This document shows positions 50,371 through 62,346 of a stretch of 64,000 nt of DNA, in pieces. The DNA comes from Felis catus (lineage: Eukaryota), in NCBI RefSeq assembly GCF_018350175.1, contig NC_058369.1:15254001-15318000 (forward strand), read 5' to 3'. The notes beneath the pieces are model-generated. The model saw only the letters and a list, made by a program, of their open reading frames with translations, was not told where the DNA came from and searched no databases. The position numbers were made by a program, and so were the translations under genes. Each line of letters starts with the position of its first letter. The stretch's first letter is position 1.

Positions 50371-51678
50371 AAGAATTCAGAATTCAGTATCTATTGCTAG
50401 AAGATGAAGGGGCTCGCTCTTTCCTCCTTTCTTCCCTCCTTTCTTTCTTTCTTTCTTTCTTCCTTCACATTTCTGTTGTCACGCCTGAAACAATGAAGGA
50501 CAACCCCCTCACGTCATGAGTTTCCAGCCATTTGGCCCGTTGCCTGGTTGCCTTGTAAATTCTTGTTTCCACCGGCGGCGTTCGTCTGCCTGCACTCCTC
50601 TTGCTGGTGCTTGTTCGGCTGTGTTTCTGCCCCACCCCCACGTGGTTATCGCGGCACCCTCTTTTCTGTGCAAGACACACCAGCCCTTTGGCCCATCCCG
50701 GCAGGAGTGTCCTTCCAAAGGCAGCGTGATTGGTATGATCACAAAGTGAAAATTATGTCTCCTTGCGGGCCCTTGACCATGGCATTTTGTTTACGTAGAG
50801 GACCCGGACATCTGATAGGGAGGAGTAAACTCCAGGAAATAATGAAATTTTAGAAGAGTTGAACGAATAGCTTAAAACAAAAAGAACTTGGGGGCAAGTG
50901 AGCGTCTTGAAACCCTGGCTGGGAAGAGTCCCGTTGCGAGAGCGGGAGCCTGGGAGCCGTGGTTGCCTTGGCAACGTGTCGCAGGCGCGCAAAGTGGCTC
51001 TCCCGATCTTTCCAGTCCTTCCGGAGGTGAAGCCGCTTGTCTGGCAGAGGGGGCAAATTCACCTTTTTCCAGGGGTTTTCCTCCGGGTGGGAGGGCAAAG
51101 GGGCTGGCTGCCTCTGCTTTAGCTCTCGCGGGTTGGCATTTCCCCTTACAGTGCCTACTGTTTTACAGGGACGTTGGTGCTGGGGCCTGAGGGTTAGTGC
51201 TCAGGACTGCGGTCACCTCGAGGTTGGGAACCACATCTCTGTGTGACTACGGGGCACACGAGCCTCTGACCTCCTGCAGAGCCACGCTAGTCCGGGACTT
51301 ACAAGTCTGTGTTCCTTGTGCGTCTTTGGACTCTCCAGCCCTGACTATAGATGGAGGTCTCCTGGGCCCCTCTGTCAATTTAGTTATTCAAGGAAGTCGC
51401 TTGTTTTATCGAGTCCCCACGGGTGGTCACGAGCCCAGGCAGGCCATCCCTGTCAGGGACGCACACCCTGGCCAATGGCAGTAGAATTGCCCACTGGTTT
51501 CAGAGGCCTGGATTTTGGTGACGGGTCTTGCCTTTCACATATGGTGGGCATGATCTCTTGCCCCTCTGAGCCCCACCTTCTCTCCAAAGGAATGTTTCTT
51601 AAGGTTATTGAAGGGATGACCCTTCGATCACTCTCTAAATGCCTTAGAAAACAAGAGTGCAAAAGCTTTCTCTCCACA

Positions 51679-52594
51679 GGGGCGCCTGGGTAACTCAGTC
51701 GGTTAAGCATCCAGCTCTTGGTTTCAGCCCAGGTCATGATCTCGACAGCTTGTGAGATCCGAGCCGAGCCCCAAGCCCCTCGTTGGGCTATGCCCTCGCA
51801 GGGCAGAGCCCGCTTGGGGTTCACTCTCTCTCGCTCTCTCTGCCCCTCCTCTGCTCATGCAGGCAAGCTCTCTCTCTCTCTCAAAATAAATAAATAAACA
51901 AACAAAAAAACCGCCACAAAAAACCTTTCTCTCCACATCTGAATCAGGTCTCCCGATCAGTCTTGCACACCAGCCAGGTACAACCTTTGATAGAATGAGT
52001 GCCTGTAGTTGTATGGACACACTGGACTTTTAAGCGTGTTGGGAAGCAATATCTAGAAGATCTTAAAGGTGAAATTGTTACTCCATGAAATAACAAGGAT
52101 TATTTATATGTGTACTTATCCAGTGGTTGTTAAACTCTGTGAGCCTCAGAATCACCAAGAGAGCTTGTTAAGCCCAGATTTCTGGGCCCCACTGCCAGGG
52201 TTTCTTATGTAGTAGATCTGTGATTTTGTTTTTCTGTTCAGAAAAAAGGATCTTAGGCATGACCGTGCTCCCAAACCTTATTAGTTAGGAATCAAAATAC
52301 AGGCCTACCTTCAATTATTTCTGGCATAAAGTAGAGCGTAAGTGAATAATAAAAACAAACTATGAGAAAGCTGGCAATGTTTTTGCAAATACAGGAAGTA
52401 TTTTTACAACTTCTTTAATCGTGCGATATTATACATGTATAGACTAGAGCATAAAACATGTTTGTAGAGCGACCACCTAGGTTACAGACTAAAAGTCTGC
52501 CAACACCCAGTTCTCTGTGTGCCCTTTTCTTTTAAAAAAATTTTTTTAAGTGTTTTATTCATTTTTTGAGAGAGAGAGAGAGCTGGGGGAGGGG

Positions 52595-52632
<38 letters not shown>

Positions 52633-52761
52633 GACACAGAGTCTGAAGCAGGCTCCACGTTGGCAGCACAGAGCTCCATGTGGGGCTTGAATTCATGAGC
52701 TGTGAGATCACGACCTGAGCCGTAGTCAGACGTTTAATTGACTGAGCCACCCAGGTGCCCC
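51679..52761. mobile_element. Can-SINEs (51679-51910 +, 52525-52761 -) and a MER5A-like fragment (~52121-52220)
   Basis: SINE bodies with TSDs ctttctctccaca and ctgtgtgcccttttct; 'cagtggttgttaaact...agaatcacc...gagcttgttaa'. Confidence 0.85.
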
Positions 52762-52879
52762 TGTGTGCCCTTTTCTGTTCACACCTTTGTCTCTCCTGCT
52801 GCAGGAACCACTGTTCTGACATCTGTGACCGTCACTGCCTGGATTGCAGTGTAGTTTTACCACCTACACAGGTGTTTTA

Positions 52880-53623
52880 TACTCTTTTTTTAAAAAAAAA
52901 TTTTTTTTTTCAACGTTTATTTATTTTTGGGACAGAGAGAGACAGAGCATGAACGGGGGAGGGGCAGAGAGAGAGGGGGACACAGAATCGGAAACAGGCT
53001 CCAGGCTCTGAGCCATCAGCCCAGAGCCCGACGTGGGGCTCGAACTCACGGACTGCGAGATCGTGACCTGGCTGAAGTCAGACGCTTAACCGACTGCGCC
53101 ACCCAGGCGCCCCTACACAGGTGTTTTATTTTTTTATTTATTTATTTTTTTAATTTTTTTTTTCAACGTTTATTTATTTTTTTGGGACAGAGAGAGACAG
53201 AGCATGAACGGGGGAGGGGCAGAGAGAGAGGGAGACACAGAATCAGAACCAGCCTCCAGGCTCTGAGCCATCAGCCCAGAGCCTGACGCGGGGCTCGAAC
53301 TCCCGGACCGCGAGATCGTGACCTGGCTGAAGTCGGACGCTTAACCGACTGCGCCACCCAGGCGCCCCTACACAGGTGTTTTATTTTTTTATTTATTTAT
53401 TTTTTTAATTTTTTTTTTCAACGTTTATTTATTTTTTTGGGACAGAGAGAGACAGAGCATGAACGGGGGAGGGGCAGAGAGAGAGGGAGACACAGAATCA
53501 GAACCAGCCTCCAGGCTCTGAGCCATCAGCCCAGAGCCTGACGCGGGGCTCGAACTCACGGACCGCGAGATCGTGACCTGGCTGAAGTCGGACGCTTAAC
53601 CGACTGCGCCACCCAGGCGCCCC
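52880..53623 (-). mobile_element. Three tandem young SINEC_Fc-like SINEs sharing one TSD
   Basis: TACACAGGTGTTTTA at 52865, 53114, 53369 and 53624. Confidence 0.95.
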
Positions 53624-53669
53624 TACACAGGTGTTTTAAATAGTTACGTAAATGAACTCATGTAGTAGG

Positions 53670-54470
53670 GGTTTTTTTTTTAATTTATTTTTTATTTTTA
53701 TTTTTTTAAGTTTCTTTAGAGAGAGAGACAGAGACAGAGACAGAGACAGTGTGTGAGCAAGGGAGGGGCAGAGAGAGAGGGAGAGAGAGAATCCCAAGCA
53801 GGCTCCGTGCTGCCAGTGCAGAGCCCGACACGGGGCTCGAATCCCGTGAACCACGAGATCGTGACCTGAGGTGAAATCAAGAGCCGGGTGCCCAACTGAC
53901 TGAGCCACGCAGGTGCCCCCATTGCAATTTTTATCCCAGACAGTTCCCCTGTATTGGTTTTCTATTGCTACCATGAAAATGACCACAAACTTAGCATCTT
54001 AAAACAACACGAATGTATTATCTCACAGTTTCAGTGAGGCCAGCAGCGAGGAGTCTGCAGACCTGTGTTCCTTGTCAGACCTGCGTACCTCATTCGGGGT
54101 GTTGACTGAATCCACTTCCTTGGTGGTCGTAGGACCAGGTATTCATGCGTTTGCTGGTGCTCAGCGGGGGACCGGGGTTTTCTTCTTTGAGGTTGCCCAC
54201 ACTCCTCCTGTTCCCTCCATGTGGCTCCCCCCGCAACGTGATTGGGTCCCTCTCATGCTTCCAGTCCCTCTGACTTCCCTTTTTGCTGTGTCTCTGACTG
54301 CAGCCAAAGAAAGATCTCTGCCTTTACCAGCCCATGTGATTCCATCGGGCTCACCTGCATAATTTAGGATACTCTTCCCATTTCAACTGCACCTGCAGAA
54401 TTCTTTCAGCTACTAAGCTAACATGTTCACATGTCCAAGGGGTTAGGGAGTGGACATTCTACTGACCACA
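53670..54470. mobile_element. Can-SINE (53670-53920 -) followed by an MLT1-like LTR (~53950-54470)
   Basis: 'tgtattggttttctattgct...accacaaacttagcatcttaaaacaacac...ttatctcacagttt'. Confidence 0.75.
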
Positions 54471-54479
54471 TTACAAGTC

Positions 54480-55372
54480 TCAGTGGATTTTAAAACATAG
54501 ATATCATGCGAGGTGTTTTCTCCGGCCACAAGAGGAAATTAAACGACACATTCTTGAACGAGCAGTGAGTCAAAGAAACCACAGAGACATTAGAAAATAC
54601 TTCAAAACAAATGCACAAGGGAACACAACCTACCGATACTTCTGGGATGCGCCAAAAGCAGCGCCCAGGGGGACATTTATAGCTACACGTGCTTACATTG
54701 AAACATGAAAAAGATGGGGCGCCTGGGTGGCGCAGTCGGTTAAGCGTCCGACTTCAGCCAGGTCACGATCTCGCGGTCCGTGAGTTCGAGCCCCGCGTCG
54801 GGCTCTGGGCTGATGGCTCAGAGCCTGGAGCCTGTTTCCGATTCTGTGTCTCCCTCTCTCTCTGCCCCTCCCCCGTTCATGCTCTGTCTCTCTCTCTGTC
54901 TCAAAAATAAATAAACGTTGAAAAAAAAAGGAAAAAAAAAAAGAAACATCAAAAAGATGGCAGATCAGCAGTCGAACTTACAACTGAAGGAAGTAGACAA
55001 AGGAGAACAAACTAAATCCAAAGCTAGCGCAAGGAGGGAAATAATACAGTTCAGAGCAGAGATCAATGAAATAGAGAATAGAAAAGCAGGAGAGAAAACC
55101 AACAAAACCGGAAGTTGGGTCTTCCAAAAGGTTGACAAAATTGACAAACCTTTGGTAAGAATTTGTTAAGAAAGAAAAAGAAAGACTCTGATTACTAAAA
55201 TTGGATAATGCAGATGAAATGGATGAAGTCCTAGAAACAAAACCTATCAAAACTGAACACACACAAAAAATAGGAAATCTCAACAGACCTCTGACTCTGA
55301 AGGAGATTGAATCAGTCATCAAAAGTCTCCAAACTAAGAAAAGTCTGGATGGCTTCATCGCTGAATTCTGCC
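54480..55372 (+). mobile_element. Degenerate L1 ORF2 fragment, interrupted by a young SINE (54717-54945 +)
   Basis: Translation contains L1 ORF2-like INEIENRK..KTGSWVFQKVDKIDKPL and NLNRPLTLKEIESVIKSL..KKS.DGFIAEF, with frameshifts and stops. Confidence 0.85.
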
Positions 55373-55374
55373 AG

Positions 55375-55951
55375 TGTGGGAGCAGAAGGGTCCAAGCCAC
55401 AGGAGTTTCTGTCCTGATAGAACTGGAATGGGCCAGTCTTTTGGCATGTTTATCATCGCAGAAGCTCATGGGACCTCCTTGTTCAAGAGTTTTTATGGAG
55501 CTTAATCTCCAGCTCCCCCCATCCCTTCTCCTTTCCAGAGGTTGGTTGTGTGGCTGAAAGTCCTAGCCCTCTATCTTCCCCATCCTGAGGCTATCTAGGG
55601 TCCCCTCCCCCTCCCAGTCACCTCATTAGCATAAGCTCCCTTAGGCTACAAATGACAAAACAAAACAACTATCAGGAAATTCTAAGGATTTTCAGAGCTT
55701 TGTCCCAACAATGGGGACAGATATTTTACAAATATATTTTTTTTTCAAAAAAAAAAATTTTTTTTTTAACGTTTATTTATTTTTGAGACAGAGAGACACA
55801 GAGCATGAACGGGGGAGGGTCAGAGAGAGAGGAAGACACAGAATCTGAAACAGGCTCCAGGCTCCGCGAGATCGTGACCTGAGCCGAAGTCGGACGCTTA
55901 ACCGACTGAGCCACCCAGGCGCCCCACAAATATATTTCTTATTATATCACA
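55375..55951. mobile_element. MER21-like ERVL LTR fragment with an internally deleted SINE (55738-55925 -)
   Basis: 'catcctgaggctatctaggg...cagtcacctcattagcataa...aaattctaaggatttt...attatatcaca'; SINE TSD acaaatatattt. Confidence 0.6.
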
Positions 55952-55954
55952 GAT

Positions 55955-56373
55955 TTCAATTCTAGAGGTTTGTTTTAGGGCCCAGAATATGATCTGTCTT
56001 AGCATCTGTTTTGATAATAATGTGGATTTGGCTATTGTTGGATAAAGTGTTCTGCAAATATCAATTAGGTTCTGTTGGATGATAATGAGTTCTTCCAGTT
56101 CCTGTTGAATTCTATCATTTGTTTTGAGAGGAGCATTGAAGTCTTCACCTATAATTGTGGATTTTTCCATTCTCCTCTCAGTTTTGGCAGTTCTTCACAT
56201 ATTTTACAGTTCTGCTGTTTGGTGCATATACATTTAGGATTGCTATGTCTTCTTGGTGATTTGCCCTTTTATCATTGTGTGATGCCCGTCTCTGTCACTG
56301 GTAATTTTCTTTGCTCTGAATTCCACTTTACATTTTACTTTGAAGTACGTGAAATATACTGAAAATATAGTAA

Positions 56374-56432
<59 letters not shown>

Positions 56433-57950
56433 AGAGAGAAAGAGTGTGTGAGTGGGGGAAGGGCAGAGACAGAGAATCTTAAGCAGGCTCCATGGTCAGC
56501 ACAGAGCCCAGTGTGGGGCTTGATCCCATGACCCTGGGATCATGACCTTGAGCCGAAATCAAGAGTCAGACACTCAACTGACTGAGCCACCCATTTGCCC
56601 CTCGCCACTCTTCGTAGTCTATTTTATCTTACATTAATAAAGCCTTTCTTCCTTTCTTTTGATTAATTTCTTTTGATATACATGGTATATCTTTTTCAAT
56701 CCTTTGATTTTCATTGTACTTTTTAACAGAATACAGTTGTTTTGTTTTTAAAAACCAGTTCTGCCAAACTCTTTTAATTGGTATATTTGCGCCATTTATA
56801 CTTAATGTAATTATTGGTACGTTGTGACTCAATTCTGACAGTTTATTTTCTGGTTTCTTCTATTTTTTTGTTTCTCTGTTTTCTTTTTCTGCCTTTCTAT
56901 GAATTACTTGAGTGTTTTTTAGATTTCCACTTAGATTTATCTATAGTTTTTTGTTTGTCTTTAGTGTAGCGTGTATAGCTTTTTTAGTTGTTGCTCTAGG
57001 TGTTATATAACATGTATAATGTATCACAGTTCACTGGTATGATCATTTTACCAGTTTGAATGAAATGTGGAAACCTTACTTTCCTTTACTCTTCCCCATT
57101 TGTAATATATTCAGAAAACTCAAGAGAAAGTCTATTGTATTTACCCATCTTTTTGCTTTTTTCTTTGTTCTTCATTCCTGATGTTTCAAGATTCCCTTTT
57201 TTATCATTTTCTTTCTACACAAAGAACTTCCTTCAACCATTCTTTAAGTGTAGTTTTGCTCGTAACAAATTCTCTTAATTTTTCTTAATGTGAGAATGTC
57301 TTGATTTCCCCTTCGTTCTTCAAGGATAATTTCACTGGATATCCAACTCTAGGTTGACCGTTCTTTTCTTTCAGCACTTGAAAAATGTGCCATTTCTTTT
57401 TGGCCTCTATGGTTTCAGATGAGAAATCTGCTGTCTTGTGTATTGTTTTCTCCATATAGGTAATGCAGTATTTCTGTCAGGCTGCTTTCAAGGTTTTCTT
57501 CCTTATCTTTAGTTCTCAGACATTTGATTATGATTTGTTTTGGAGTGGATTTCTTTGAATTTGTCTTGTTTGGAGTTTCATTCAGTTTCTTGAATATGGA
57601 GGTTTAAGTTGTTTTTCTAAATTTGAGAAGATCTCAACCATTATTTCCTAAAATACTTTTTCAGTTCCATTTTCTTTCTTCTCTATTTGTGAGATGCCAA
57701 TGACTTGAATATTAGATCTTTTGTTATCCTCCCACATGTCCCTCAGGCCCTGTTCATTCTGGGGCTTGGGGAAGGGAGGCTCTGTTTATTTTTCTCCAGT
57801 CTGTTATTTCTCTTTTGTTCAGATTAGATAAGTTCTGTCTTCAAGTTCATTGATTCTTTCCTATGTCCCCTCCATTCTGATGGTGAGCCCATCCTTTGAG
57901 CTTTTTATTTCAGTTCTTTTATTTTCTAGTCCTAAAATTTCCATTTGGTA
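55955..57950 (-). mobile_element. Old L1M fragment (ORF2 5' end/ORF1 region), with a SINE at ~56380-56600
   Basis: Minus-strand translations IIGEDFNAPL..LIDICRTLYP and IITLSINGANIPIKR resemble the L1 endonuclease domain. Confidence 0.8.
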
Positions 57951-57954
57951 AATT

Positions 57955-58327
57955 ATTTTTTTAATGTAATTTGTTTTTTTAAATTTACATTCAAGTTAGT
58001 TACCATATAGTGCAACAATGATTTCAGGAGTAGATTCCTTAATACCCCTTACCCATTTAGCCCATCCTCCCTCCCGTAACCCCTCCAGCAACCCTCTGTT
58101 TGTTCTCCATATTTAAGAGTCTCTTATGTTTTGTCCCTCTCCCTGTTTTTATATTATTTTTGCTTCCCTTATGTTCATATGTTCTGTCTTAAAGTCCTCA
58201 TATGAGTGAAGTCATTTGATATTTGTCTTTCTCTGACTAATTTCACTTAGCATAATACCCTCTAGTTCCATCCACGTAGTTGCAATTGGCAAGATTTCAT
58301 TCTTTTTGATTGCCGAGTAATACTCCG

Positions 58328-58362
<35 letters not shown>

Positions 58363-58815
58363 CCACATCTTCTTTACCCATTCATCCATTGATGGATATT
58401 TGGGGTCTCTTTCCATATTTTGGCTATTGTCAATAGCACTGCTATAAACATTGGGGTGCACGTGTCCCTTCGAAACAGCATACCTGTATCCCTTGGGTAA
58501 ATACCTAGTAGTGCAATTGCTGGGTTGTAGGGTAGTTCTATTCTTAGTTTTTTGAGGAACCTCCATACGGTTTTCCAGAGTGGCTGCACCAGTTTGCATT
58601 TCCACCAGCAGTGCAAAAGAGATCCTCTTTCTCCGCATCCTCGCCAACATCTGTTGTTGCCTGAGTTGCTAATGTTAGCCATTCTGACAGGCGTGAGGTG
58701 GTATCTCATTGTGGTTTTGATTTGTGTTTCCCTGGTGATGAGTGATGTTGTGCATTTTTCCATGTGTCTGTTTGCCATCTGGATATCTTCTTTGGAGAAG
58801 TGTCTGTTCATGTCT
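57955..58815 (-). mobile_element. Carnivore L1 3' end (ORF2 C-terminus and 3' UTR), 5'-truncated
   Basis: ORF 58374..58811: [37 protein letters not shown]...[38 protein letters not shown], the L1 ORF2 cysteine-rich C-terminus. Confidence 0.95.
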
Positions 58816-58920
58816 GTGCTGACAGCAGAGACCCTGATGTGGGGCTTGAAACCATGGACTGTGAGATCATGACCTGAGCCAAAGTCAGATGCTTAACCAA
58901 CTGAGCCACCCAGGTGCCCC
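58816..58920 (-). mobile_element. 5' half of a Can-SINE fused to the L1 fragment
   Basis: Only the tRNA-derived head is present; no (CT)n or tail. Confidence 0.85.
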
Positions 58921-58979
58921 TGAAGAATTCCTTTAAGAGCCTGGATCTTATTTACCTTGTATATTAACAAGGATATTCT

Positions 58980-59640
58980 CTGGTACTGCTCCCGTGGGGA
59001 AAGGTGGGGCACTGCCTCTCTACTTCTAGCTAGATGTGGAAGTCTAGGATCTCCAGGTGGCCATCACTGACACTCTGGAGAAGGAGGACCTCCTCGTTCC
59101 AGCTAGGCAGGGTTAGGAGTATAGACTCCCCACTAGATCCCTGCTGATACCGCTCTGACTGGGAAAGGGGACATTGTTACTGTCCCATATGGACTCCATT
59201 GGCATCATGGAGGGGTGGCCTTGACACCACTGAGCGGGGATGGACTTCCTGACTCTCTAGGAGTCTTCCTGACTCCTCTGACACTCTGCCCTCAGGGAGA
59301 GGGAGGGATACTTCATTACTGCTGATTGGGGTAGAAGTCCAGACACCCTCTGTGGTCTCCACTGTCACCGCCAAGGAGGAACGTTCGTTAATGTCCAGTA
59401 GGGGTAGAAGTCTCGGCTCTCTACTAACTTCCTCTGACACCACCCTGCCACAGAGTTTGGGGTGCCTTGCTGTAGCCCCCCAACATTGTAAGTCCAGGCT
59501 CCCCACTAAGCCTCTGCTGGTGCAGGTGGGGCTGCCATTTTTTTCTGTGGTGTTGGCTAGAGTAGGGCAGTTGTTGTCTACATTTTCTTTCTTGCTGGGT
59601 GGTCTCTTCCTGGTATTCCAGCTAGGGAGAGCAGGCTTTT
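58980..59640 (-). mobile_element. Probable old L1M 5'-UTR region with degenerate tandem monomers
   Basis: Recurrent motif (g)gggtagaagtccag(g/a)ctccccact...ctctgacac. Confidence 0.5.
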
Positions 59641-62219
59641 GTTTTTCCTCCGTTTCTTTTTTTAATTTTTAATTTTTTAAACTTTTGCTTGGCACTCCCC
59701 GACAGCTCTGGGTTACTGGTTTAGTCAGCTGCAATTCTGGGACTTACGAGGCATGAAGACGATCCACGGAGCTCCTGGCCGCGCCATTCCTCGGGTGCTA
59801 AGGTCTTTAACTGCTCTGCCTTCTCTTTTTCGGTTTTCAGAGTCTTATGTTTGTTTTATAGATGTAACGAGCAGGGTGTTGTACCTCGTGAAAAGAAGAG
59901 GGGAAAAAGTACATCCGTGCCGTCTTCCTACAAGAGGTGGCATATAGAGTGTTAAAAATCTCCCCACCTCCTGTGAGACTCTGATCTGTGCTTCCCTGCC
60001 CCTTACCCTTCCCTTAAAAACCATCGGACTAAAAGGTATTCAAGATAATTTGCTACACTGGTTTTTTCTAAGTTTACGGCTTTATTTCTCGGCCCGTGCC
60101 ACATGTGACAGGTGTCAAGCTGTGACAGGCTTCTATTGCTCATTGTTTCTGGAGCTGGTGGGCGGCGGAGCAGCTCATCTTGCACACTGCCGTCACCGTG
60201 CTGCATCCGTGGAATTGATGAACTGATATTTCCTCCTTCTCTGGACCCATGCCCGTGTCTAACAAATAGCCTTCCTACTATTCAGGAAACCTGGAGAAGC
60301 CACGTCTCAAAATACCTTTCAGGTGAACTCTGTCCTGTGAATCCTGAAATTTTCAAAACCGTTGCAGATAAAATTAATGTTCTTTCGTCCCGGGGAAAAT
60401 GGAACAGTTGCTGGGAGCTGGTTTGGCTCGGATGGTTGAAATCCTGGCAGCTGACCAAGCAGACGGATAACAAATTGCAATTCAAACCCATTAGTCTCAT
60501 CTGCAGTTTAATGGAGGGCTTTCTGTTCCCAACTGGCTAGTTAGAAAAGCTGTCTGGATTGTTAGACCGCCACCACGGAACCCTTGTCGGCTGGCAAAGA
60601 ACAATTACCCAGAAGTTAAGCAAATTGTTGCTTCTTGTCCGCCCGACTATGGGTAGTTGTCAGGACCTTGTGTGGTTTGTGTCGGGAGAGAGCATTTAGG
60701 TTCCCCATGAAAATGATAGTGCTCAGAAAATAATGGTCAAGAAAATAGCTAGAAGAGGAGCTCACTGAGCGAGCTGATTTCGGTTCGGAAAGACAGTGCG
60801 AGTTGTCTTTAACACCGCAAAGACCATGATTTTGCTTCCGTTAATACTCATTCCCTAAATTGGCCTCAAGAGCACGAAGAACGTGAGCCTTCCAGATTAC
60901 GTGAGACTTTAGCCGCAGCCCTAGATTTGAAAAACACGACCTTTCCAAGTAAAACGCGTGTTCTAGAAAAGCACAGGGCCTACCTAGCATTTGCCATCTC
61001 CGGTTCTCATGTAGTGCTCATTTCCAGTGTAAAGTGGGCCCTGCGATGAAGGAGCATAATTACCCGAAAAATGAGCTCTTAGGCAAATGGTAGGTTCGTG
61101 ATTAATTAATTACCCGGATATTAACACCTGTTCCCTCCACTCTGCACCAGAGAGGAGAACAGGGAAGGCAAGGGAGGCCAGGGGTGGAGGCTGGGCAAGG
61201 GTGGAATTGAACAGATGGTCGAAGGAAGAGGAACGAGAGGGAGTGGCCAGCGGGCGTCTGGGGGAATAACAGTCTGGCAAGGAGGAAGGGGCGGCCCTGC
61301 AGCCGAGGAGGGGGAGCCACCGGCCAGGCCTGTACACGACCCCCGGCCTTTCCCTGGTGATGGGAAACGGGCGAAGGAATGGAAATCAAGCAGAACCTGC
61401 TGGAAGGGACGATGCGCCGGGAGTGAGGGTGGGTGGCGGACTGCCTCCCTTTCCCCCCACGCGAATGGGAATGAGCGGGGATGACGTATGAGAGACACTT
61501 TGTGTCAAGGGAGGACAGGCCACGAGGAGGCCCGCTGTAGGGGGCCCCAGTCTTCTGAGCGACGGAGGAGAGGGCTCCGTGCCGCCAACCCAGTGCGGGT
61601 GGGTAGCCGGTGCCCGGTAAACGTCTGTGGAATAATTCAGTGAGTGAACGAACAAATGGGACCTCCGTGGGGTGGAAGACCCATCCCTTCTGTTCTCTGT
61701 GCCACCATTTTCTCTCTGTCGCCCTGGCCGATTACCGAGTCCCTTAGGACAAGGGTCGGAGACCCTTAGCGAATGGGTTTTCACGGGTGGATCAAATGAG
61801 AAAAAAACACAGAATTCAGAGCCAGCCTTATATACCAGGGAGCTGAGAAACCAATCTCAACGGATTTTTTTGTTTTTAAATCGTCATTTGTTTGACATTG
61901 TGGATGTTGCTAATGGACATAAACATGGTGTGTGTGTTTGTTTTGCCTTGGAAGTTGGAAGGTTCTGCATACAGGTATCTTATTAGAGCACTTCGTGTGG
62001 TGGGAATTGGGGCATTTCTCATGTGAACCCATACTTAGCAAAATTTAGTATGAATAAACCAGACTGCTTCTAAGAATAAATATGCTACTCTTTTAGAAAG
62101 CCTATTATGTTTAAGAAAATTAGCAAGGGCTCTGTCTCAAGGCTTTCTTTCTTTCTTTTTTTTTTAATATAGTGACACTTGACCACCTGAATTTTGTTAT
62201 ATTTGTTGCTTTAATGAAG

Positions 62220-62294
62220 ATTTTTTTTTTAAGTTTATTTATTTATTTTGAGAGCGTGAGAGAGCGCACACATGTGTGCGTGGGTGGGAGAGGG

Positions 62295-62346
<52 letters not shown>

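Noticed and set aside
52865..53638. CRISPR-like regularly spaced direct repeats
   Set aside because: Eukaryotic DNA; the 'spacers' are near-identical SINEs and the repeats are TSDs.
58374..58811. 145-aa L1 ORF2-like ORF as an active or domesticated gene
   Set aside because: 5'-truncated and frameshifted at the 3' end, lacking the RT and EN domains; an ordinary dead L1 fragment.
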